A stretch of DNA of 64,000 bases from Bispira polyomma (GCA_965649765.1 OZ287754.1:35836001-35900000), one strand, 5' to 3'; shown: positions 13,100 to 26,174, counted from the first letter of the stretch. Program-made: numbers and translations. The notes: generated by a model from the letters alone, not told the origin.

Positions 13100-15780
13100 A
13101 ATCAGGTTTAGCCCAAACAGGTCATTCCTATGGCCTGGCTCTGGATGTCAGTAGGGTAAGGCGCCTGGTTGGATGGGCCGGGCACCTGTTATTGTTGATA
13201 ATAAAAAAATTTGGGGCATGAAATGACTGGGTCTGGACATTGGACAGGGGTTAGGGAGTGGGGTCATAAGGCTTCCTGTGATGGTGGATCAGTGTTTGAA
13301 ACTGGTGCTGCTTCTGCTGGTGGAGGGCCTGCTCATGCGGGATGAGGTGGGTGTGGTGGGTGAAGCTGGATAAGGACTGGGGTGTGTTGTTGGGTGTGCA
13401 TCTCTCTGACACTCTCCACCAGCACCTAGGACTGTAGCAATTGAAACTAAAACATAAAATAAAAAGTACATGTTTAAGAAAGCCCCAATTTACTTAAATT
13501 AAAAAAAAATGATAATTTGTAAACAATATACATCAGATAAAAGAAGAAATGCAATGCAAATGCAACACAAACTTTATACATCAGATATAAGAAGAAATGC
13601 AACGCTTGACCCTGTACTGTGTTCTGTAAATATGTGTGTACTAGACTGCCCCCTGTCTGTGTACTAGACTGCCCCCTGTCTGTGTACTAGACTGCCCTCT
13701 GTCTGTCTACTGGACTGCCCCCTGTCTGTGTACTAAACTACCCCCTGTTAGTGTACTAGACTGCCCCCTGTCTGTGTACTGGACTGCCCCCTGTCTGTGT
13801 ACTAGACTGCCCCCTGTCTGTGTACTAGACTGCCCCCTGTCTGTCTACTGGACTGCCCCCTGTCTGTGTACTAAACTACCCCCGTCAGTGTACTAGACTG
13901 CTCCCTGTCTGTGTACTGGACTGCCCCCTGTAAGTGTACTAGACTTCCCCCTGTCTGTCTACTGGACTGCCCCATGTCTGTCTACTGGACTGCCCCCTGT
14001 AAGTGTACTGGACTGCCCCCTGTCAGTGTACTAGACTGCCCCCTGTCTGTGTACTGGACTGCCCCCTGTCAGTGTACTAGACTGCCCCCTGTCTGTGTAC
14101 TAGGCTGCCCCCTGTCAGTGTACTGGACTGCCCCCTGTCTGTCTACTGAACTGTCCCCTGTCAGTGTACTAGACTGCCTCCTGTCTGTGTACTAGATTGC
14201 CCCTTGTATGTCTACTGGACTGCCCCCTGTCTGTGTACTAGGCTGCCCACTGTCTGTCTACTAGACTGCCCCCTGTCTGTGTACTAGACTGCCCCCTGTC
14301 TCTGTACTAGACTGCCCTCTGTCTGTCTACTGGACTGCCCCCTGTCTGTGTACTAAACTACCCCCTGTCAGTGTACTAGACTGCCCCCTGTCTGTCTACT
14401 GGACTGCCCCCTGTCTGTGTACTAGACTGCCCCCTGTCTGTGTACTAGACTGCCCCCTGTCTGTCTACTGGACTGCCCCCTGTCTGTGTACTAAACTACC
14501 CCCTGTCAGTGTACTAGACTGCCCCCTGTCTGTGTACTGGACTGCCCCCTGTAAGTGTACTAGACTTCCCCCTGTCTGTCTACTGGACTGCCCCATGTCT
14601 GTCTACTGGACTGCCCCCTGTAAGTGTACTGGACTGCCCCCTGTCAGTGTACTAGACTGCCCCCTGTCTGTGTACTGGACTGCCCCCTGTCAGTGTACTA
14701 GACTGCCCCCTGTCTGTGTACTAGGCTGCCCCCTGTCAGTGTACTGGACTGCCCCCTGTCTGTCTACTGAACTGTCCCCTGTCAGTGTACTAGACTGCCT
14801 CCTGTCTGTGTACTAGATTGCCCCTTGTATGTCTACTGGACTGCCCCCTGTCTGTGTACTAGGCTGCCCACTGTCTGTCTACTAGACTGCCCCCTGTCTG
14901 TGTACTAGACTGCCCCCTGTCTGTGTACTAGACTGCCCTCTGTCTGTCTACTGGACTGCCCCCTGTCTGTGTACTAAACTACCCCCTGTCAGTGTACTAG
15001 ACTGCCCCCTGTCTGTGTACTGGACTGCCCCCTGTCTGTGTACTAGACTGCCCCCTGTCTGTGTACTAGACTGCCCCCTGTCTGTCTACTGGACTGCCCC
15101 CTGTCTGTGTACTAAACTACCCCCGTCAGTGTACTAGACTGCCCCCTGTCTGTGTACTGGACTGCCCCCTGTAAGTGTACTAGACTTCCCCCTGTCTGTC
15201 TACTGGACTGCCCCATGTCTGTCTACTGGACTGCCCCCTGTAAGTGTACTGGACTGCCCCCTGTCAGTGTACTAGACTGCCCCCTGTCTGTGTACTGGAC
15301 TGCCCCCTGTCAGTGTACTAGACTGCCCCCTGTCTGTGTACTAGGCTGCCCCCTGTCAGTGTACTGGACTGCCCCCTGTCTGTCTACTGAACTGTCCCCT
15401 GTCAGTGTACTAGACTGCCTCCTGTCTGTGTACTAGATTGCCCCTTGTATGTCTACTGGACTGCCCCCTGTCTGTGTACTAGACTGCCCCCTGTCAGTGT
15501 ACTAGACTGCCCCCCTGTCAGTGTACTGGACTGCATTTTGGATAACAGAGTTTATATTGTATTTTTACAAATAAAATCGAATATAATTAATTTATACCCA
15601 AATTTATTATTGAAGTAATTAATTGGTTTTATAATGTATTTCAATCTTACCGAAGCAGGATGGTCCTTGTATGTGGCACCACTCTCCTAGGTGGCTGCTG
15701 GCTCCGGGGCGGCGGGTGGCTCCTGCTTAATCCTGGGTCCGTGCTGATATCATGTTTGGCTTCTTCCTGGGTCCCTTTTT
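13100..15780 (-). pseudogene. Possible decayed spliced gene remnant (two GC-rich, Pro-rich exon-like blocks flanking the satellite)
   Basis: Block 15651-15780 ends in CG|GTAAG. Block ~13100-13431 begins after TTTCAATTGCTACAG|. Frames such as IKQEPPAAPEPAAT* and HPPHPPHPA*AGPPPAEAAPVS contain stops. No family recognised. Confidence 0.3.
13635..15533. repeat. 23-bp satellite (~82 units) organised as three ~621-bp (27-mer) higher-order repeats
   Basis: Unit GTGTACTAGACTGCCCCCTGTCT. Identical spurious ORFs at 13911, 14532 and 15152. Diagnostic variants (CCCATGTC, GATTGCCCCTTGTATG, ACTGAACTGTCCCC) recur at a 620-621 bp period. Confidence 0.97.
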
Positions 15781-17034
15781 AATATATCCCATAATAAAAA
15801 AAATCCAATTGCACTAAAGTTAGAGGTTGGTTATACCTCCTCAAAAATAATAATAACAAACATTAAGGTGAGTTTCTCCTCGTGTTGCCCTAAGCTTTGT
15901 CGTGGCTGTTGATTTTCATGTTACCACTTGTCGACAAGCCAATTTGCCTATTAAGGAGAAGGGGTCTTTATCTGTCAAAGCAATGTTCTTGGGCAAACAA
16001 CTTTGACCGTTGACATCAAAATCATCACTGCTAATTCTACTTGAATCTACCTTTTCTTTGTAACATACCACTGATAGCCGACAGAAGATGACTGATAGTC
16101 GAGAACCTTGTAAAGTTTTTTCAATGGTGTGATTGTTTATCTGGTATGCTGTATGTTCTTATACGTTCATCCTGGGTACATGGGAACACAAAATCAAATA
16201 TTTAAAGTGATACAGTCGGCCGTCGATGGTCATCTGCTTGGAAATGAGTGCTAACCCACATGATCAAGTGAACATTGCAAAATCAATAAAACAGTAGGTT
16301 AGAACCTTAGCAAGGCTATTATCTCTGTGATTAGCTGGTTTTAATGTGTGTTTGTGTTTTCTATTACCTATTCTATTATCTGAAGGTCACTTCTGGCGTT
16401 TGTCATTTTCTGCTTCATGGAGAACCTGGATAAAGGAGGTTGTATATTCTGGATAGGTAGAAGTACTCTCTCCCTCAATCTCCACGTTAATCAAGTGGGC
16501 ATACAAGTTGTGGTTAGGAACAGTAAGCTCTTTGATTTTGGACATGTACAGAAATTACCAATTTGTTTTTGATATCTTGCAATTTTAACATCGCTTTCAA
16601 TGCCTTTGCATTTTGTTATGATAGTTTTGCAGCAAATCAGTAATACGCTAATCTTTAGCAAGCCTTTATCAACTTTCCCACGTGTATGTCTAAAACCAGG
16701 ACTGTGGTAATGAGAGTGTTATATCACCTAGAACCCCTTCAGTCAGTTAAAAAAAATCTCCGGAGCCGGAAACTACACAAATCTTGGCTTTACGTCCACC
16801 TTTAATTGATGATTTCTAATAAGTAGTACTACATAACAAATCAGTAAGTAATTAGTAATTACTGAATAAGTAATTGTTAAGTAATTAGTATTACTATTCA
16901 GTAGTACTATTATTAGTATTACTATAAGTAATATAGTAAGTAATATGTATAAATATATACCTATATATAAGTATATATATAAGTATTAAGTACTAGTAAT
17001 AAGTAATTAGTAAGTAAGTAATTAGTATTTAATT

Positions 17035-18440
17035 TACCCTTCTTATCAAAAGTTCTTAAAAAAGCTTCTTAATCAACTTAATATTCATGTCGAAAACCAT
17101 AAAGTTTTTCCAACCTACCAATCTGCTGACAGAGAGAACCACTTGAGTGAAAGTGCTCCAGTTAAATTAACTAATGACATCCCGTTGTCTATGGAAAAAT
17201 AACAAGTAACAGCAATAATGGCAATTGACTTGTCTGCTGCCTTGACACAGTCGACAACAATATCTTACTTAAAGTCAAAAGCAGCTACTCTGACCAGATA
17301 CCTCATAACTTTTCAGTTCCTTAGGGAAGCTGTGTTGGCCTAGTTTGATACTCCCAATATGCCAGGATGATGAGACTCATTATCCCATCTGCAATGCAAT
17401 TCCATGGTTATGCAGACGACCATGCCATCAAACTTTCGTTTAGCAGTAGGGACAGTTTAGCAGAATATAATACCATATATAAAGCCCTAGGAGAGTGTGC
17501 AGAGGCTATAAATGATTGGATGAAACAGAACCAGTTAAAAATTAATAGTGCAAAAATAGAATACATCAGATTTTGTCATATCACACAACTTAAAAAGTGC
17601 ACAATAAATACGTTAAAGGTAAACAGCATTGATGTGACAGTCACTGACAATATTAAATACCTTGGTGTCCATCTAGATAACCACCTAGATTTTTAAAAAA
17701 ACATATTGCAAGCAAGTACATGGTTGCAAAGTTTAACATTCATAAAATCAGAAACATCAGGAATATTCTCACATATTCACATGCAATATTATTCGGCCCA
17801 CCAAAAAAGTCAATTAAGATGATGCAGCATGTGCAAAATGTAGCATCCAAGCTTGTATTAGGTTCAAACAAATATGCCAGTTTAACAGAAGGATGGAGAG
17901 TACTACACACTGGCTTCTAAATCAAAGCCTGTATAGAATTTAAAATCATCTTACTTGTTTACAAATACCTTATCGGTTATAGCCTGTGCACCAGACTACC
18001 TAATACAATTACTAACCTTCAAACTTGTTCATAGACCTTGTTTAAGGTCATTCAATGACGGCATTATGACTTTTACTCTATACCCCTCTGTGGATTGAAA
18101 CTTTACTTTTGGGATAAAATGAAGAAGCTGGTAGTTTTTAAAAAACTAGTGCTGACACCTTTTGAATGGAATATGAACTGTTTAAAATGCAGTCATACAG
18201 TGCTTCACCAACAGTAAAGACTTGTGAGCAAGTCTAACTTGTTCAGAGACAATGACTGAGAAAATCATCTGACCCTTACCGACTTCTGACACCAAGGACA
18301 ACAAGAAATATCTTTGGAGACAGATCCTTCAGTGTTTGTGGCCCCAAATTATGGAACAGCATTCTTTATTCTACCAAGGCATCAGAAAACTTAACAACTT
18401 TCAAAAAGAGGCTAAAAACCCATCTATTTTAAAAGTACCA
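17035..18440 (+). mobile_element. Decayed L2/CR1-group LINE reverse-transcriptase fragment
   Basis: AIDLSAA.DTVD (~17220), VP*GS, MQFHGYADDH (YADD ~17408), LKINSAKIE, IKYLGVHLD, then GDRSFSVCGPKLWNS...FKKRLKTHLF near 18320-18430; many indels and stops. Confidence 0.88.
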
Positions 18441-19185
18441 TGGCTGATGTTCAGAGAATGCAGTGCATTTCAAATGTTATTACTACATATAAATCGCACT
18501 ATATCAAATGTTTTTGTTATGTTACATTATCTATTCTGATGTAGTCTCATTAACTGTAGAGATAAAAGTTTTAGTTCGAGATCATGTTCTGACATTGCAA
18601 GAGCATTTCATTATTCAGTTCATAATTGAAGAGTATATTAAGACAACACTCAGAAGTTTAACAGTTTAAGGTGTAAGTAATTAACAGCCGATTTCTAAAA
18701 ACAGCTTTGTTTTAACCAACATATTTGTTCTTAAGTAAATGTTTAAAGGTATTGTAAAAATCTTTTGTGGTTTTCAGATGAAAACATTACCTCCAGCCAG
18801 ACTAGTAATACGTAATTTATTCCTTGTTTTATCAGATGGCTTTCTCCCTTTTAATTTACTCAGCTCACGAAGTCCTAAGGGGATTTAGCCTTGCAAAAAA
18901 AATCAACTCAACCAAAAGATTGAATTGAAAGATTAAAAAATATCTAATAATGTGCAAAGACACAGACTCTGGAGTCAAAGACTGCTGGAGTGAAAGTTAT
19001 AAAATATATGATCATTGAATAAAGATGACTAATTTTTATAAATGACACCTTGTCTTGTAGAAATGTGCCTGTTCAGAACACCTTAAATGTATAATACCCT
19101 CCTTAAAGGTTTAAGTATATGTATAGCCGGCACATTACACCAACTTTCTCATCATATGAAACTATTGAGTGATTTAATCCTTTTA

Positions 19186-19440
19186 GGGGTCACCATTGTG
19201 GGCGAATGGCTAAAACAGTGGCTTTACTTCCAGTTGCCTCTCATCTCTGATTATGGTGGATCGAATCCCATTGATTTATATGTGAAGTATGTAAGGTGCA
19301 TGCCACAGCTCAGCCGTTTGGGCTGTACATATTAGGTAGATATGTACATCTTTAGCAGAACAGTTGTCTCCACCAATAAAACTGGTTATCATAATCTAAC
19401 CACAATGGTTGAAATGATGTAACCCCCAATTCAGTCAAAC
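19186..19440 (+). mobile_element. Old, diverged tRNA-derived SINE
   Basis: A-box-like TGGGCGAATGG, B-box GGATCGAATCCC, 3' part CTCCACCAATAAAACTGG...AATCTAACC...GTTGAAA laid out like family A. Confidence 0.55.
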
Positions 19441-19811
19441 TCACACCAATGTAATCCTGAGCAAGGTTACTAGTGTTCTTACACTGGTACTAATTGACTG
19501 TTTGTATAATTATTCAGTCTGTGGCCCCAAGACAGTAACATCAGCTGTCTATGTTTATGCACATGTACTAAGTATTTATTTGAGTTGTTTTTATAGACAG
19601 GTACAGATCTAGCCTTATTCAGGCTGAGACATCACCTTGTTTGTGTTGATCTTGTGCTTATTTTAGTATTTTCCAATTACATCATTGGTTAAGGTTATAA
19701 CACAAACAAAGCTACACCTTAAAGTTAGCAAAAGGTGTTGTTCCATAAATACCTAATGTAGATGTACCTGCTCGAATCTAGCACTATACTTCCCAGTAGG
19801 AATACAATAAA

Positions 19812-20106
19812 TATGATAATAATTATTCATTTGATATAGCGCTGTTATGAACATCACTGTTATCTGATGCACTTTGACATTAGTACCTCAGCTTGAGTCC
19901 TTCCACTTGTCAACCAATTATTCAGTTTCAGCTCCCTCAGGAAGCATACTAGCTGTGCTGCCAGATATAGCGCACAAAGACACCTGATAGAGAGGGACAA
20001 CTTTGTGTAAAGTACCTTGTCCAAGGGTACAATCACTAGGTCAGCAGCGAGGATCAAACCGGGACCCTCAGATCCATCAAACCAAAGTCTGAACTCTAAG
20101 CCTAGG
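19812..20106 (-). mobile_element. SINE family B, copy 1 (CORE-like central domain, L2-like tail)
   Basis: Sense strand: GGTTTGATCC B box, GTACCCTTGGACAAGGTACTTTAC, AGTATGCTTCCTGAGGGAGCTGAA, tail AGCGCTATATCAAATGAATAATTATTAT; homologous to 25698-25920 and 59150-59400. Confidence 0.75.
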
Positions 20107-20377
20107 TTTAATGTCTGTGTCCATTATTTGTAAACAACCCAAGGGCCAAAAGTTTATCTACAACTTAAATTGTCTGTTATCTTGGGAGAAATACAGAATA
20201 TGTTTTACTGAGCCTTGACCCTGTATAACAACCTATAAAAGCTGATGTATACAAAGCGGACAGATAACAATCAAGAAATAACAATAAATCTCTACTTCTG
20301 TAAGCATGTTTTATGACTTTCCTAAAGTGATAATCCCATGCAACTCGTCACAAAATTGCTTTTTGTTCTACTATAAG

Positions 20378-20558
20378 TTTTTTTTTTCAATTGAATTGGG
20401 ATATTTAACGTCCACTCTAGTACCTGTTTAGGTTATATTGGGACGGGTAGTTGGAAACGCTGGAGGAAACACTGCATACAGTTGATCAAGGTTCTGCACT
20501 GAAACCAGTGGCCCACAGTAAGGAACTACCACCTTTACCACATAGGCATCAACGGGAT
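20378..20558 (-). mobile_element. SINE family A, copy 3, 5'-truncated inside the B box
   Basis: 3' 180 bp of family A with A-rich tail; imperfect TSD TTCTACTATAAG / TTCTACTTGAAG. Confidence 0.9.
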
Positions 20559-21753
20559 TTCTACTTGAAGTATGGTCTAGTGTATTAGTAGTGCGCAAGA
20601 CTATATTAAGTGGTGCACATTAGGTGGACGCAAATTTTATAATGATGGTCATCATTTCTAAACAAATGTGTACTAAAATGTATAGTTTCACGAATTTGAT
20701 TTTTTTTTTCTCTTAAAAAATAGATGCAACTTTGATGAAAAATCTCTATGCAGATTTTGTTATTATTTCAAGCATTGCCAGATTACTTTGACATATCACC
20801 TTCATAGTTAATATGATGTGATGTATTAAATCCCAGGGATGCATGCACAGATAGTTTGTAGGGTTATAAACCTGACAACATACTAACAGTTCATTCGCTC
20901 ATAAAATGTGCAAGCTAAAAACTGTAATTAGTTACAAGCAGCTGTACTGTAATATACCATTGCAGTTTTCTGCACTTTAGGACCCATAATGACTAAAAGT
21001 AGGACTGAAAGTTAAAAAAAAGTATTTTTAAGAACAGAAAGATATTAAAGCAGCTGAAATAAATTTGAATGTGACAGTAATATTTTATTTTGTTCACAGT
21101 GCTGTCTAGAATGAGAAACCAATTTCACCTCGATGTTATTTGATAATATGATTTTTGTTTACATTCTTAATCTGATACACAATGTTTTACCTCCGTGTGA
21201 TGTGTTTTGTAATGCTGACAGTGACATACAACAATTGTTTGATTATATTAATAAATATAGATTAAACGTCGTTGTCTTATCCCCTTACTGTCGAGTCAAC
21301 AACCCCATCGATGGTAAACATAAGGCACACATTTCATAGAGTTGATGTAACTCTTGAGTTGACTTGAGTGATGGTCAATCTAGTGGTAACATTTTGACAA
21401 ACAAAGTGGAGCCTCATGAAAGGCTATGTGAATTGATGCTTAGAACTTGACTGTGTATAACCTTAATGGTCCAAGATTTCATATCCAGAAAAGACAATAA
21501 ATACAATTTTTGAAAAAAAAATACTTGATCTGCTGCAATTAATTGTCTACCTTGCAACAGCTTGTTTACCAAAAACACATACTTGCTTCACATGAAGTTT
21601 TAATGGCAAATATGAAACTTAAACTGGCTTCCGAATGCTATACTCATAACAATACCATTATTTTAATATCAAGCTCATGAAATGTATGTTTCTGTCTAGA
21701 CATTTGTAAATGAGAAGCAGAAGAGGGATTCTGTTACCATTAAATTCATTTGT

Positions 21754-21877
21754 TGGCCCTTTTCAAAGAATAGCCTCATTATTTTTGTTGTATGTCAGTG
21801 ATGTCTGACTTAAACTGGCCCTTTTCAAAGAATAGCCTCATTATTTTTGTTGTATGTCAGTGATGTCTGACTTAAAC
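21754..21877. repeat. Perfect 62-bp tandem duplication
   Basis: TGGCCCTTTTCAAAGAATAGCC...GTCTGACTTAAAC twice. Confidence 0.95.
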
Positions 21878-22211
21878 TTATGGTGACCCCAAGTAAGTGC
21901 ACACCTTTGTTTTTTCTTATGACACCCCGGGCAGATCCAGGGTAGTAGATATTTACAGACAGAATTTATGTCAAACTGTAGATGTCTGGTGTTGCCGCAA
22001 TAGATGTTAGGCATGTGTAAGAGAGAATGGAAAAGTCTCTAAACATCTGAAATGACTGATCATTTATACCTACAAAAGTAAAAGAAACCTAGTTTAATGT
22101 ATTTCGGTGAATTACCTAGTTGTTTTAATAGTTATCTAGCATGCCATCAGAACATATGTTAAGTCTTAACTTTGACAATAGTTACCACTGAGAGTTTGAA
22201 GTAGAACTCGT

Positions 22212-22992
22212 ATGCCGTGCTCACACTGGCCTTAAATTTCGCAAAAAAATATCTAAAAATAGCACAAGTAAGTGAAATGTAAACATTTGCATAGTAAATG
22301 AAGTGAACTTCAGTAAACGTAAGCATGCACAGTTAAATGGTCCCTTAATGTAAAAATTTCGAGCTGCACAAAATTTAAGCCCGTTTGGGGCATTTTCGCT
22401 GATGGTTGGTGCATTCGCGGGTAATATATAGTATATAACTTACAATGCTGCAGTAAGACGTACTATACATCCAAATAATATTTAAAACGAGGAGAATGAG
22501 ATCGAAACGTGTTTAGAAACGTGGCTAACGTATTTTAAAATGTGGCTAACAAAACAAACATAATTGAAACGGCTATTAAAACGTGTTAAATGTCTGTACA
22601 AACGTGTACAAACGTGTACAAACGTGTACAAATGTGTACAAACGTGTACAAACGTGTACAAACGTGTACAAACGTGTACAAATGTGTACAAACGTGTACA
22701 AACGTGTACAAATGTGTACAAACGTGTACAAACGTGTACAAACGTGTACAAATGTGTACAAACGTGTACAAACGTGTACAAACGTGTACAAACGTGTACA
22801 AACGTGTACAAATGTGTACAAACGTGTACAAATGTGTACAAATGTGTACAAACGTGTACAAACGTGTACAAACCGGCCCATACATTGATTTTTTTTTACG
22901 TTTTCTTGAACTTTCACTTCATTTATTTCCGTTTGTTTAAGTTTAAAATGAAGCGAATGTAAACACAAACGTGCTCAGTGTGACCACAGCAT
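22212..22992. mobile_element. Non-autonomous TIR element (PIF/Harbinger-like MITE) carrying an internal 10-bp array
   Basis: Left ATGCCGTGCTCACACTG versus reverse complement of the right end ATGCTGTGGTCACACTG (15/17 identical); no ORF apart from repeat artefacts. Confidence 0.75.
22595..22873. repeat. 10-bp array (TGTACAAACG)n, ~28 copies
   Basis: The only variant is TGTACAAATG (CpG to TpG). Confidence 0.98.
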
Positions 22993-23904
22993 TGGGTGCA
23001 TCAATTTAGCAAATTAAAATGTTTATGCAAACGTCTATTAACCTTTCACATCAAGGGTATCAATCGTCTAACTGCTTAGAAGACAAAGTTTTTTTCGCAA
23101 AAAACTTGTAGCCACAGACTATAAGCTGACCTCTGATATTGCAGCATTTACTCACAACAATACAGACTGACATATTTATTATTATCAAGAGGCCCATTCG
23201 GTTCTGGCCAAACCTTGTTGTCTACATCACTTTGATAGTTGGTGTAGCAGATTTACATAACCCAGAAATGCTTGGAACCTACCATAATTGTACATATATA
23301 TTAATATATAGCAATGACAATATGGTTTGGTTTACTCTGTAATACTGCATGTCTGTAATCAAAATAACATCAAACAGTTAGTTTTTATCGTTTCTGAAAG
23401 ACCAACATCTTCCAATGTGGCTGCCCATATATTATCAATTTTATAAAATTGAGCTCTTAACCAAAATTAATCCATGTAATGAGGTATAACTGATGTGCTT
23501 GTTAACAAGCATAAAGCTGATATTTGTTCAACCCTATTGCTTTATCGATGATCCTAAAGACATATCCCGTAAGTAAATTCTATTGAGGATAATTCCATGT
23601 TTGTATGTGGTTTTAGATCATGGTTTGGACACACAACTATTGCCCTCTGATGACGACCAATGTTGGAATAAAGGACATTTTTCTGTTAGCAAGTGGATTA
23701 GAGGAGGCATTTGATGATTATTCAAATTAGACAGTGAATTAAATTAAGAGTAAAAGGTTAACAACTACACTATATCTGTGTATATAACAGATCATCACAA
23801 TGTGAACCTTTATTTTACTATGATTTCTTTTATTCTACAATGTTGGGATTATTTTATTTTAGTTATCAACCTTTAAATAATACTAAACAATAAATACCCA
23901 ATGT

Positions 23905-24580
23905 TAGAGATACACAAGCTAAGGGAACTACTTTTACAGGTTAACACTGCTGTAGAGAGTTACACAAGCTAAGTCAACTACCTCTAGAGGATAATACTGC
24001 TGTAGAGAGTTACACAAGCTAAGTTAACTACCTCTAGAGGATAACACTGCTGTAGAGATACATAAGATTAGTTAACTACCTCTATAGGATAACACTGCTG
24101 TAGAGAGTTACACAAGCTAAGTTAACTACCTCTAGAGGATAATACTGCTGTAGAGATACATAAGATAAGTTAACTACCTCTAGAGGATAATACTGCTGTA
24201 GAGATACATAAGATAAGTTAACTACCTCTAGAGGATAATACTGCTGTAGAGATACATAAGATAAGTTAACTACCTCTAGAGGATAATACTGATGTAGAGA
24301 TACATAAGATAAGTTAACTACCTCTAGAGGATAATACTGCTGTAGAGATACATAAGATAAGTTAACTACCTCTAGAGGATAATACTGCTGTAGAGATACA
24401 TAAGATAAGTTAACTACTTCTAGAGGATAACACTGCTGTAGAGATACATAAGATAAGTAACTACCTCTAGAGGATAATACTGCTGTAGAGATATATGAGA
24501 TAAGTTAACTACCTCTAGAGGATAACACTGCTGAAGGGAGATACACAAGCTAAGTGAACTACCTCTACAGGATAACACTT
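23905..24580. repeat. 48-bp minisatellite, ~14 copies
   Basis: Unit TAACTACCTCTAGAGGATAATACTGCTGTAGAGATACATAAGATAAGT, with internal palindrome CCTCTAGAGG. Confidence 0.95.
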
Positions 24581-24775
24581 CTAAAGAGATAGCACTGTTG
24601 CCTCCCACTTCTGCAATCATCGGTTTAAATCTCGTCCCTGACATGCATATGAAGAAAATTTGCTGAAGGCTGGTTGATAACAATGCCAAAACTTGATTAA
24701 CGGATCTGTATGAGTTTCTTTTTGCACTAAAACTACCTGTTGCGATTTAATATGAAGTTGTTGAAAGCGATTTGG
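24580..24775 (+). mobile_element. SINE-like body directly following the 48-bp array
   Basis: TAGCACTGTTGCCTCCCACTTCTGCA...GTCCCTGACATGCAT...CTGGTTGATAACA...AAACTACCTGT; homologue at 26300-26465; layout resembles family A. Confidence 0.55.
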
Positions 24776-24790
24776 TACCAAGTTAAATAT

Positions 24791-25262
24791 AAAGGGGTAG
24801 GGTCAGTGAAAAGTGGTACTGAATGAAATACAAAGGAGCAGGGTCAGTGGAAAGTGGTACTGAATGAAATACAAAGGAGCAGCGTCAGTCAAAAGTGTTA
24901 CTGAATGAAATACAAAGGAGCAGGGTCAGTCAAAAGTGGTACTGAATGAAATACAAAAGAGTAGGGTCAGTCAAAAGTGGTACTGAATGAAATAGAAAGG
25001 AGCAGGGTCAGTCAAAAGTGGTACTGAATGAAATACAAGGAGCAGGGTCAGTCAAAAGTGGTACTGAATGAAATAGAAAGCAGCAGGGTCAGTCAAAAGT
25101 GGTACTGAATGAAATAGAAAGGAGCAGGGTCAGTCAAAAGTGGTACTTAATGAAATTCAAAGGAGCAGGGTCAGTGAAAGGTGGTACTGAATGAAATACA
25201 AAGAAGCAGGGTCAGTGAAAAGTGGTACTGAATGAAATACAAAGGAGCAGGGTCAGTGAAAA
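24791..25262. repeat. 41-bp minisatellite, ~11.5 copies
   Basis: Unit AAAGGAGCAGGGTCAGTCAAAAGTGGTACTGAATGAAATAC. Confidence 0.96.
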
Positions 25263-25697
25263 CTACACACCAAGTAAAACACATTTGTCTCCCTTTTCTA
25301 ATTTAAACTCAAATGCCAGACGAAGTAAAAAAAAAGGTATACTGTTGTTTTCTCAGCCACTCATGCTAGTTAGTCTTGAAAAAGCTCGTCTTTTGGAAAG
25401 AAAAAATATATATGGGTGGTTGATTTGACACCCTGTAAAATATTGACCACATACCATGTGTCATTACATTTAGTGAACAAATAAATAACATTTGTAATAA
25501 ATCTACTGTTTCTTTAAACAGACATAACAGAAAATTAGCACATGTACCAAACCTAAAATTATATCAGAGCTTTTACAAGGCACACATCTGTGATGCGACT
25601 GCTATTATCCCATTCATTTATAACTAACTTCAGACTGACACAGGCTATTGACATTATGGGTTAACATGTGAATCAGATATTTGTCTTTTTATTATTA

Positions 25698-25920
25698 AGG
25701 GGATGGAGCGGTTATAATGTCAGACTTTGGTTCTGAGGGTCTCGGTTCCATCCTTGCTCCAGGTCTGGAGATTATATCTTTGGACAAGGTAGTTTACACA
25801 TGGCTAGTAGGCTTCCTGAGGAAGCTAAGACTGAACTATTGGTTGACAAGTTAAACAACCCAAGCTGAGGGTGTAAACTGTAAAGTTGGTGAGACTGAGA
25901 GGTAATGTCACACTTTAAAC
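25698..25920 (+). mobile_element. SINE family B, copy 2 (diverged)
   Basis: CAGACTTTGGTTCTGAGGGTC...CTTTGGACAAGGTA...CTTCCTGAGGAAGCT...ATTGGTTGACAAG matches the reverse complement of 19880-20095. Confidence 0.65.
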
Positions 25921-26174
25921 CCCCCCCCCCCCGCCCCCCCCCACACACACACACAGACAGGGTATGGGTCATTCAGAAAGCATTTTGTTATTTGTCCATT
26001 TACCAGCTTTGGAAGTGAAGTTTATATTTAACCACCATAAATATGTTTTAAGCAATCCTGAACTACAACCTAGCTACACACTAGTTACCTCTCTAAATTA
26101 TGGTCGATGGCCCCAGATACGTGAAAATATAGGCTAACTACATAGCCGTCTTTGAAATTTTATGTCAGAAATGA

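Noticed and set aside
13911-15436. Three identical 94-aa Cys-rich ORFs
   Set aside because: They are translations of the 23-bp satellite (23-aa period), start at GTG, and have no gene context.
16825-17035. AGT/AAT-rich low-complexity tract
   Set aside because: Degenerate simple sequence without a stable period or other structure.
22482-22968. Six overlapping ORFs (CTNVYKRVQT repeats)
   Set aside because: Stop-free 10-bp array read in all frames; artefact.
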